Part shown: piece after piece, positions 1-9,663 of the stretch | Layout of the letters: every line of letters starts with the position of its first letter | Position numbering within the stretch: the stretch's first letter is position 1 | NCBI GenBank assembly: GCA_002269645.1 | Contig: NIVC01005186.1 | Span: 1-23,059, forward strand | Length of the DNA: 23,059 bases | Reading direction: 5' to 3' | From: Macrostomum lignano | Taxonomy: Eukaryota | The notes under the pieces: generated by a model | Database searches by the model: none | What the model was told of the DNA's origin: nothing | Seen by the model: only the letters and a program-made list of their open reading frames with translations | Position numbers and translations under genes: made by a program

Positions 1-450
1 GGAGGGGCGATTTTTCTATAGGGTTTTGGGGGGCGATTTTTCTATTATGTGGGGAAGGGCGACCTTTTCTATTGGTGCGAGGAGGGCGATAATTCTATTG
101 TGTTTGGGGAGGGCGATTTTATTTTAGGTTCGGGGAGGGCAATTTTTCGATTTGGGTTTGGGAGGGCGATTTTCTTTCTGGGTTCGGAGGGCGATTTTTC
201 TATAGGGTTTGGGAGGGCGATTTTTCTATTAAGTCTGGGGAGGGGCGATTTTTCTATTGGTTTAGGAGGGCGATTGTCCTATTGGGGCTTTAAGGGGCGC
301 GATTTTTTTCTGGTGTGTGGTTTGAGGAGGGCGATTTTTCTATTATAAGTCTGGGGAGGGGCGATTTTTCTATTGAGTTTGCAAAGGGCGATTTTTCTAT
401 TGGGTTTGGGAGGGCGATTATTCTATTGTTGAGGCAGGGCGATTATTTCA
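1..450. repeat. Degenerate G-rich tandem repeat (unit about 26-30 bp, core GGGCGATTTTTCTATT), probably continues beyond the left edge
   Basis: About 17 recurrences of GGCGA-TTTT-CTATT separated by GGG(A)GGG runs; lies in the intron downstream of the 475-737 exon. Confidence 0.85.
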
Positions 451-474
451 TGGGTATCGAATTCACAAGCGCAC

Positions 475-737
475 CTCCGGTCGATAATTGCAGGCTGCTG
501 AGTGTTAATCAGATCGGCGAACAAAGTCGGCAGGTCGGAACGGCCCTCCCGGATGCGGATGACGCGGTCCAGCGAGGCGCAGTTGCGACAGTCGTCGGGC
601 GATTTCAGCACAAACGGCGGAGTGTGCATCGGGTTGCCGATGAGGCAGAGCTCGTCTGGCAGGCCGAGCCACTCGGCAATGGGCAGAATGGTGGCTGCCG
701 TTGCTACGCGGAGATGCTTCATCACCGATAGACTGGC
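475..737 (-). CDS. Coding exon 2 of a C6orf89 (bombesin receptor-activated protein)-like gene; gene continues beyond the left edge
   Basis: Minus-strand acceptor TTCTCGCATGCAG (740-738), donor GAG|GTGCGC (474-473), high GC3. Peptide ASLSVMKHLRVATAATILPIAEWLGLPDELCLIGNP...PDDCRNCASLDRV...QQPAIID resembles the H-x-R...LPIA and CxxCA segments I recall from C6orf89 family proteins. Product call is inference. Confidence 0.7.
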
Positions 738-1277
738 CTGCATGCGAGAATTCAAGAGTCGGCGATTTCTCCTATTATTTACTACTCTCATACTGCTAGT
801 AGTATGGGCTTGATATGTGAATAAAAATTGTAAACAAAAATAAATAGTTAATACGAATGAATTGTACAGCTTGTACATTGCTGAGACTGTGGGGGGGGTC
901 TTGAGAATTGCCCGCAGACGAATTACTCGCCCATGTTAGCCCATAATGCTTAATTAAGTCTTAAAATATAGATTTACCCATCCAAAACGTCTCGATAGTA
1001 ACTGCATATCAAATGCATCTTTTTCTTGTACGTTTTCATTTTATATAACATGCAGGGGTACATTGGAGGGGTAAATTACTCTGGGCTGCAAGTGGCGCAA
1101 CTATAATGAATATGGGTCCGCAGAGTTGTATCTAAATTAGAATCCAAATGCATTTTGCATTTAAAACAAACTATTTAGTCTACTTGAGTTAGTAGAAAGT
1201 TAAGCGCTAGCATGACTCTTGGAAAACTTTTTCACGACTCTTTCTGTGAGTTGCAAGAATTACAAAATTTAACTTAC

Positions 1278-1502
1278 CTGCTCATTCATATAAATCAAAA
1301 TGCTTGGCACTACAATGAGCAGTACAGTTAAAACAGCAGGTCTGAGATGATACTTCATCTTCCAAGATGTGCATACTTTTGACAGCTTTTTAGACACTGC
1401 TGAAGGTGGACATGCTTGTTGTTCAATAATTAGCTGCCTTTTGAATTCTTGTAGTAGTTGCTCTGTGTGAACCAGATCAATTGATTCACCAGGTGTTGAC
1501 AT
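1278..1502 (-). CDS. First coding exon of the same C6orf89-like gene (N-terminal cytosolic segment plus one transmembrane helix)
   Basis: ATG at 1502-1500; consensus donor CAG|GTAAGT (1277-1272); phase-0 intron joins in frame to the phase-0 acceptor at 737; hydrophobic AVLTVLLIVVPSILIYM fits a type II membrane protein; upstream acceptor-like TTATTGCAG at 1526-1524. Confidence 0.7.
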
Positions 1503-2962
1503 AATGTAAGTTGTTCAAGTTGTCTGCAATAATTAATTGTCCATGCATTAAATTTTTATTTGCTAAACATTATCAACTTCTTTAGATTGGAAGTACACTC
1601 AATAATATTTTTTTTCATCACAAAACCAGCTCAACAGGACTGAGGACTGAGTTGCAGCTTTTATTTAATTCTATAGTCATAATTCTCCACTCTCCTTATC
1701 AACCCAAGCCAGGGCTTTGTGACAAAAATCGCATCACCTATAGCTTAGATAAGAATGGTGCACATGGTATAAATTATATCACTTAATGCTAAGATATAAA
1801 GAAAATTTAATCACTGATTTTAGGATATAAACATGTTACTAAATATATAATACTATTTTGGAAGCTTTAACAGGACCAATACCAATTGAATACAGCTATA
1901 TCAAAACCCCTATTAGGCATAAATCTATATCAAAGTTCTTTGATAAGCAAATAATGTCATACATAATCTTAAAGTTGCCAAGTAATTAACCCAAGCTACT
2001 ATTGAAAGCCTATATTTTAGCAAAGGATCAAATTGAAGTTTTAAAAATAATATTAGATAATATTAAGATGCCAAATATAGCCAACTTTTTATTTGCCATA
2101 GACATATAGACCTTAGTATACTTGGCAAACTATTTTTACAAAATCTACAAAATACCCTTTGGTTATAGGTTTAAAAGCAAGATTTTGCTATAGTGTCCTA
2201 TTCTATGACAAAATGTAAACTAAAAAGCTGCTAGCCTGACTTGGTCTTATGGAAACTAGACAAGTCTAGTTAAAGACTATTTAAATAAAGTAGAATAAAA
2301 GCTTAGGGCCTATTAGAATATATTAAATAAAAATTATTTAGGCCTATTAACTATCATCTATCTGTTTAGGCCTATTTCAATAGCTATTTGTTGTTTCAAT
2401 AAAACTTATTATCAATGGATACTAGTAATTAATTTTAGGCCATTTTGGCGAATTGCCAAAAATATAGATTTTTAAGGATGCAAATATTATTTGATTGCCT
2501 TTAAAATGACTAGGCTAGGCTCCACTATACTTTAAATAAGAAACTCTTTGTATCATTTTTTACAATAAAAATTAGCCTAGAATTAAATTGTTATAAATTA
2601 TTATACGGCCTATGAAACTTAGTTTTGGCATGATTATATCCAAGATATAGCCTTGCTTATACTCTTTACTTGGAATAAACAAATATTAGTAGCTTGTTCA
2701 AATTCAAATACTAATGATTAATGTCAATTTAAATTTGCAAGACATGATATCCCTGTGATCTATATTTAGTTGATTATTTCTTTAAAAATACAAATATAAA
2801 TTATTTGTCAAATGGAATATTAAAAACATTTTTTAGTTGGCATTCAAATTTTATTTGATACTAGTCATATTGAAATTAATTATTGTCAATGATTTTACCC
2901 TTAATCTATTTCAGGCTAAGCTTTAAATTGAAAGTAATACAAAAGTATGAGTCATCAGTCAA

Positions 2963-3140
2963 CCCTAGACAACCGGATTGCTCATTAATTATTGTGATTG
3001 TAATTCAATTGGGAAAATTGTAAAAATTGCAATTTGCTCGTGCAATCAGCTTGCAATCTAGATAAGTGCCTAAGAGCCATCTTTTTCTACTGATGAGTAG
3101 TCAAGTTAAAATTGGGGACTTGCGATAATTGCAATCTGAT
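2963..3140. repeat. Left TIR and subterminal ATTG(C/T)AAT repeats of the EnSpm-like element
   Basis: Several AATTGCAAT/ATTGTAAT copies following the TIR. Confidence 0.65.
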
Positions 3141-4050
3141 TATAAGAACATGCATGGCAGAAAAAAAAAGTGTTCTATGTTTTATATATTCAAATACTTT
3201 TATGACCATACACAATATTTTTTCATGAAAATATCTTTATTTTTATAGGTTCTGATAATGCATTCTATTGTTGTTTTACTTTGCATTAAAATAATGATCT
3301 AACCAAAATAAGTAAACGGCTTGCCAGGTATAATTTTCTTTGCGGCAAATGCTGACTACAGTGAGGCTCCCACGGCGTTTCTTCTTCAAAGTTTCTACTA
3401 CATCTGTACGAACAGAACCATTTGTTCTTTTAACTTTCTTGTAGTGTGTTTATATTCAGTCTCAGTCTAAAGTTTTTTCTTTTCGCACTGAATTTAATTT
3501 TTAACATTCACAATGCACAAAGCAAATGTAGATGCCAAGGGCAAGGCTATTCATTCATTCATTCAGTCAATCAATAATCAGGTTATTCATTCATTCAGTC
3601 CATTCAGGGGCTGTTAAAAAATTGTAGCTATATTTAGCTATATTTAGTTTTTAGCTATATTGCCTCTAAGTCAAATCAAAATTGAAACACTCTTAATTCT
3701 TTAATAGTGATAATCAATTTTGGTTAATAGTTTGCTCTTTTGGAACTTTTAAATGCCAGTTTTTTCTTTTGGTAATCCTGCTTTATATTCTAGATTTTCA
3801 ACTTCCATCCTATTCAATAGCTAGGCCTAGTACTATTCATATATTGTCTAATGTCTCCTTATTTTATTTGCATGTATTTGCTTACTATAAAATAAATTGC
3901 TCTCTCTAGACTAGTAGTCCAATGAGTCTATACCTATGCTACCAAGTACCTTAGGCCTAACTTTAATTAAATTGAATTGTTATGCTATAGAACCTTGAAT
4001 AGCTACTAGGTATAGCTAGTTTTGAAATATAATTTGAACATTGAAGACTT

Positions 4051-4647
4051 GGAATCTGGTCCATTTCAGCAACAAACCATTTCGGTGACACCCATTTCGG
4101 TGACAGGTTGATTTGGCAAGAACCATTTTGGCAACAGTTTTTAAATAGGATTTTGAATGTATTCTTATCTCATAGCCACAAAAGATTTCAGAACTTACAC
4201 AAATTTACAACCTTTGGTTTGATTAAGTGTTGTTAAAATGAATTATAGTGTAAAACAATTTACATTAAACTTTATAAGCTTTGTTAAAACTATGTTAAAA
4301 CAATTTTTAATGTAAAACTTAAAACGAATGGATTACAATTAGAAATTAATGTTCTTAAGAAACAAGAAAATTCAAATTCCAATTCAAAATTACAATTCGT
4401 GTATGATGTTTACTCTTCCACAGGGGCATTCATGCCACTGCATGCAAGCAGCGCCTCAAGAGTTCTGGTGCCGGCTTTGTACTTTGCCCAATAGTTTCAA
4501 CAAAATGCCTGTTGGGGGGTCATGTCAGCTGGGGGTAGTTTATTGTATTGTAGATACTTGTAATTTTTCTATTATATTTGTCAAGGAAATGGTCGTCGCC
4601 AAATTGACCTGTCGCCAAAATGGGTGTTGCCGAAATGGACAGGTACC
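4051..4647. mobile_element. Non-autonomous TIR element (MITE, about 597 bp; Mutator-like or unclassified)
   Basis: Imperfect inverted ends built from CCATTT(C/T)GG(C/T)(A/G)ACA modules (4051-4137 vs 4585-4647); direct repeat AAGACTT(G) at 4044-4050 and 4648-4654; no coding capacity. Confidence 0.75.
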
Positions 4648-5206
4648 AAGACTTGAAGTAGCTAAGCAACAGGCCTACTAGACTATAATAAGCAGTAAGG
4701 GTGGGCCTAATACTAATTGGTACTGGTATCCTTTTTTAATTGAACTATCACCTATGCCTATGCTATGGGTATGGCTATGTTTAGATAGCTATTATATTAC
4801 TATAGGCCTAGTTTATAGTAGAGCTACTATAGTTAGGCTATACAACATGTCAACAATGCTATAACAGTCAAAACTAGCTACCCTATGGATCTATATTTTG
4901 ATATGTTCTAGCTATTTTCTTTTTTACACAATGCTGAAGTCATTAAAATTGTAAACATGCAAAGGTAATGAAAATAGATACATGATTAAAATTCTATTGA
5001 ATATATTGTGTTCATATTAATAGTCTATAGAGTATAGACTATATAATCATTAGGTCCAGTATAGCTATTTAGGGAAAATTAATTAATTAATTGACAAAAA
5101 ATAGATAGCTATATAGCTCTAGTATCATAGTAGTATTGATCTACATTTTGTTTATTTGATTTCATTGGTATAGTAAAAAAGCTTAAATATTTTTTCATCT
5201 TTTCAG

Positions 5207-6320
5207 GTATGAAAACTTCTCAACACATTAATTCTCGCTCAAGATCATCCAACAAGCTTGACAAGTTTGCAACTCTAAGTTTTGACCATGTCATTCTATG
5301 GTTCCCAAAGACAAATTCCCATAGTGGACCTATTTATATAAATTCTAGTTTTCTTAGCCATTTCGACAAGGCTGAGAAAATGGAATTTAAGGAGCGTCAA
5401 CAAATCAAGATTCGTGAAAAGAATGGATTCCATGATGCCATTATTGTAAAGCTCGGCACTTATGCAAAAAATTAAAATTGCTGAACAACTATTGACCGCC
5501 TTGCTGAAGAAGGTTATAGTACTGAGACAATTTTTGAGAGACTTGATAATGAAATGTCTGTTGATTTGGATGCACGAACACGAACCTCTGCTACCTATTT
5601 GGGAGATAGTGATAGCAATGAAGGTGATGATGAAGAAAATGATGAGAACTATGTGCCACCTGATGACAGGTCTACAACTTTTAAGCCTCCTTTGACAATT
5701 ACTAGCCAGACTATGTCTTTGGAAAGGCAGAAGGAAGCAGATTTGTTCAAGTCTTATGGCAATGTGATTGTGGAGCCACCACTTAAGAAAGCTAAGAGTG
5801 CAAGTTGTGACCTTATTGATAATGCTAAGAATGGTGCCTGTGCACCTTTGTACTCATCTACACCACCTAGAAAACCACAGGATGTTGCCCTAGCTCAATG
5901 TATGAGACCAAGTAGCTTTTTTGTGACTTTTACAGAGCCAGCTACTGCTGCAGCAAGCCCACTTGCTCAGGGTTCCAAACTTCAAGCACCTGAGCCTAAA
6001 GTGTTAGATTTGCTTTTGCTTGAGGCTCGAGTACAAACTGGATTGTTGAAAAAGATCATCCGGCTACAGGAAGAAGGAAATGAATTGCTCAGACAAGGGT
6101 TTGGTTTCAATGATGAGGTTGTGAGCAAAGAAGATCAAGTTATTGCTGGTTGTGATGGCCGACCCTTTCGCCTGTCTCAGTTACCATTGCCACCTAACCT
6201 TTTTGCTCATGAGTTTGTACTCCGCAAATTTGGTGAACAGCTTTGTGAAACAACAATTATTGAGTCACATGGCAGAAGTGAAAGGATTGCTATGGATGTT
6301 GATTCAGTTCAAGCTCATTC
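5207..6320 (+). pseudogene. Truncated second gene of the EnSpm-like element, acidic/low-complexity protein with a probable BEN-like C-terminal domain
   Basis: Splice acceptor TTTTCAG at 5200-5206; ORFs 5209-5475, 5462- and 5554- join through two compensating frameshifts (KLGTYAK-IKIAEQL-DRLAEEGYS); PNLFAHEFVLRKFGEQLCETTIIESHGRSERIAMD resembles the start of a BEN fold; cut at about 6320 by BEL/Pao sequence. Confidence 0.5.
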
Positions 6321-6776
6321 AGTCGGCCGCTGTTGTATGTACCTTCAGATTCAGGCGACGGTATGGGGGTCATCACACTGTCCCATTTCATTGCAGCTAG
6401 TCGTCTCAGCCAAGAACCGGAAGATATTGACGATGAGGCGGACTCCATTCTACCGCTTCCGAAATGGCTCAGAATGCTTAGAGCAGCTCTGGATTGGTTT
6501 TGGAACCAATGGAAGACGTCCTACTTGGAGTCTCTGCGCGAGAAAGCCCTAAAGGATCAACCTAACCACCGCCTACCAAATGTTGGTGAAGTAGTTCTTC
6601 TGGCAGGTGAAGCTCAACAACCAAGACTCAAGTGGAAATTGGGTATTGTCGAGGAAGTTCGTCCTGGCCGTGATGGTGCTATCCGGTCGGTTCTTTGCGT
6701 TGCGGGTGCTGGGAGTTCTTGGGAACGGGTGAGACAGCCAGTCCAGTCGTTAATTCCTTTAGAGGTTCAATCCTAA
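6321..6776 (+). pseudogene. BEL/Pao polyprotein C-terminal fragment (DUF5641-like)
   Basis: Motifs above, in the frame of ORF 6333-6776; 5' part of the polyprotein is missing. Confidence 0.85.
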
Positions 6777-7170
6777 GACCGTTATTTTTTTGTCCTTTCC
6801 ACGACTCTCGAATTTGTTTGCTAACTTTTTTGACAGCCTCTTGCAAAATTTTGTAATGGGAAAAGGTTTGTTTTCTGTTTTTGAGATAATTCTCTTGGTG
6901 GTGGACGATGTTACGCGTCATTATTCGTCATTTTTCCATTTACGTTGTAATATATTTTTTCCTCATCTATCATGCTCACATACACTTAAACTTGGCTCTA
7001 ACAGTTTTCTGTTCTCTGCTGACTGTTTCACTTACAACAACAAACCAGTCCTTGTCTGTTAGGCTAAGATTTTTTTCCTTTTTCATTGTTTTTTTTGCAA
7101 CAAGTTCGAATGTAATGTAGTTTTGCTGCTCCGAATTTAAAAAATCAAATGATAAATCATTTGGGGGGAG

Positions 7171-7384
7171 TGTCGAAAAATGAGTTGGCCTAGGCTAGCC
7201 GCTTATTTCATCTAATTTATTTTCTCTTATTTTTCACTGTATGCACAATGTATATCTCCGCCAACACCCCAAAATTCGTTAAGTTAGAAAATATAAAAGC
7301 TGGATTCTGGGCAGCGACCGCCCTAACTTCATTTTCTTTATCGCCAGTCAAAATCAATTATTGGTTTATTTTATTACAGGAACA
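7171..7384 (+). repeat. Probable BEL/Pao 3' LTR (TGT...ACA, about 214 bp)
   Basis: Starts TGT right after the PPT; TATAAAA at 7292-7298; ends ...GGAACA where transposase-like coding resumes. The end could also be the ACA at 7376-7378; no second LTR is available for comparison. Confidence 0.6.
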
Positions 7385-8946
7385 GGGATTAAGACAGACA
7401 TACTTAAAAATTGTCCAATAATTTATGATACTGCCCAAGTTATTACAATCTTTTTGCATCTTTCCACTGATGGCTGTAGCTTGTACTCTAATTCTCCCTC
7501 TTCTTTGTGGCCTGTTCAAGCTCAAATTTTAAATCTTCCACATTTTTGCATTTTCAGCCAGAAAACTTCTTAATTTTTTCTCTCTTTCTTGGTGCAAAGA
7601 AGCCTAACTGGAAAACATTTCTAGAAGACCATCTGGCTTCAGTTTTTGAAAAAAACATTCTGTTTTACTATTCGAAACAGGCCTATGCATTTTCGTGTTA
7701 AACTCTTTTCGGCTACTTTTGATCTTCCTGCCTTGGCTAGCATACTAAACCATAAGCAATTTAATGGCGAGTTTGGTTGCCTTTACTGTGAAAATCCCAG
7801 TAGTACTGTTAAAGTCGGCCATGGATCCGCACGCAAGTATTCTGAGCCTCATTTATCTACTCCAGTTTCGAATGCTGTTTATTTATCACGAGTTCAACTA
7901 GTCTGTCTCTCTGGTGAGAAGAGCCTTTTTGGTATTAAGGGTGATTCTGTTCTTAGGAAGTATGTGCGCATTCCAAAGAATATTTTGCTTGATTCATTGC
8001 ACTTTCTTTATGAAAATTGTTGTGGCACTCTAATGAAATATATGTTTGATGGTTCCTACCAACAACTGAGTTGCTACCTTGGGCAAAGTCTGCCCTTCTT
8101 TAATGATACTCTTAAAAGAGTCAGCGTGCCTAAGTCAGTAACAGTACCATTTTGTCTAGAGCTTCGCTCTTCGTGGAAAGCCAAGGATTACATGTTCGCT
8201 GCAATGTATCTATTGCCTATATTTGCTTTCCATTGCTTCAGTAGGAAAAATCAGGCATGCGCCATTGCTTTGCTTTCTTTTTCTCTTGTTTGTCATGTAG
8301 CAAATTCTGTAGACTGTGAGCACTACTTGGCGCTTCTCAATAAAGTAATTCAACACTTTATGTCAACTTTAGGAACTGCATTTGATGCCAATGTATACAC
8401 AATTAATTTTCATCTCCTGTGTCATTTGCCGAACAGCTTCTCAATTTTGGTCCTCTAACAGGATACTCTATGTTCTCATTTGAGAGTCAATTTTCAACGG
8501 TAAAGAATTATATTCAAAGGAATCGATTCCATATCAAGCAAATATGCGAAAAGCTCATTCTGCAAAAATGTTGCACTTTCTGTCTTAAGGAGGGAGCTGC
8601 TGCTCAATCTAACAGCTGCATTTTTGAGCTGCTCACTTCTAAGTTTAGAATTTTATCAAGCAGTCCTTCCGCCTGCTGGCGATTTCTATCCACTTATGCA
8701 ATAGTGCAAAACAATCGTCTCTTTTATGCTACTTCTTATCCGAAATTGCCCCCTACTCGGTCATGTATTGTGCAGTTGAAAGATGGTTGTTTCTGCAAAG
8801 TAGTTTGTTTTCTGAATGGCACCGATATTTTAGCTGATGTAATTTTTTTAGACATCTGCAATTTACAAGACTTTTTAGGTAAAGTGGCTCGCTTGATGAA
8901 GAGTAGATAAATAAAGGTAATATCAACATGAAGTATTATTTGAGTT

Positions 8947-8989
8947 GCCGATGCATTTCGTCCATTTGCATTAGGACATCGTCAGGGTC
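8947..8989 (-). ncRNA. Minimal type I hammerhead ribozyme motif (left arm copy)
   Basis: Minus strand reads GACC-CUGACGA-U-GUCC-UAAUGCAAAU-GGAC-GAAA-UGCA-UC-GGC; predicted cleavage between 8950 and 8949; stem I is weak. Confidence 0.65.
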
Positions 8990-9242
8990 TTTTTATTGAG
9001 AAACAATTTGAAGAATATTCAGTATATATAGATAGTTGAGAGTAACAAGAGTAGTTGAATTGAGTTTTTAATTGATGGTTTAAAACTTGTACATAGTAAT
9101 CAATTTTTGATACAGTATTGGTTGGGTAAAGTGCATATCAGTTTCAAGCCAGTCCGGTCATTGACAAATCAGCTAAAAAATTCTGAGTTGACGGCTAGCC
9201 CCACCCATCGCAAGTTGGTTGTTTAACGTGGGCTGTTTGGTC

Positions 9243-9300
9243 TTAATGTACATGTTTAATGTACATCTTTAATGTACATTAGTTAATGTACATCTTTAAT
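9243..9300. repeat. Four TTAATGTACAT copies at 13-14-bp period, plus a partial fifth
   Basis: Copies start at 9243, 9256, 9269 and 9283; partial at 9296. Confidence 0.9.
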
Positions 9301-9620
9301 GATAAAGGCTATTGATTTTTGTAATAGAGATCACATGCTCTGCCTATTAGAAGCCCTGTACATTAAGACCAAACAGCCCACGTTAAATAACCAACTTGCG
9401 ATGGGTGGGGCTAGCCGTCAACTCAGAATTTTTTAGCTGATTTGTCAATGACCGGACTGGCTTGAAACTGATATGCACTTTACCCAACCAATACTGTATC
9501 AAAAATTGATTACTATGTACAAGTTTTAAACCATCAATTAAAAACTCAATTCAACTACTCTTGTTACTCTCAACTATCTATATATACTGAATATTCGTTC
9601 AAATTGTTTCTCAATAAAAA

Positions 9621-9663
9621 GACCCTGACGATGTCCTAATGCAAATGGACGAAATGCATCGGC
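9621..9663 (+). ncRNA. Minimal type I hammerhead ribozyme motif (right arm copy)
   Basis: CUGACGA 9625-9631, extra U 9632, stem II GUCC 9633-9636 / GGAC 9647-9650, GAAA 9651-9654, palindromic AUGCAU stem III, triplet AUC ending at 9660. Confidence 0.65.

Larger units (their letters stand above)
6321..7384 (+). mobile_element. 3' fragment of a BEL/Pao LTR retrotransposon (integrase C-terminus, 3' UTR, PPT, 3' LTR)
   Basis: SRPLLYV...ITLSHF...FWNQWKTSYLESL...VGEVVLL...WKLGIVEEVRPGRDGAIRSV...PVQSLIPLE matches the BEL/Pao DUF5641-type C-terminus; GGGGGGAG (7163-7170) directly followed by TGT at 7171. Confidence 0.85.

Noticed and set aside
49-348. 99-aa ORF rich in G/F/R
   Set aside because: Translation of the G-rich satellite; no protein-like features.
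459-753. GAATTC sites bracketing the GC-rich segment, suggesting a cloned or contaminant fragment
   Set aside because: The segment has proper splice sites and joins in phase to the upstream exon; two 6-mers are plausibly chance.
2961-2974. CCCTAG terminus suggesting piggyBac
   Set aside because: No TTAA flanks; the duplication is AA and the internal transposase has EnSpm motifs.
4044-8876. AAGACTT occurs in both the MITE TSD (4044-4050) and the foldback TSD (8867-8873)
   Set aside because: Unrelated element types and a short AT-rich word; two cases cannot support a shared target preference.
9243-9300. Short regularly spaced repeats (and the 1-450 array) as a CRISPR-like array
   Set aside because: Spacers are only 2-3 nt or are themselves repetitive; eukaryotic context; no cas genes.
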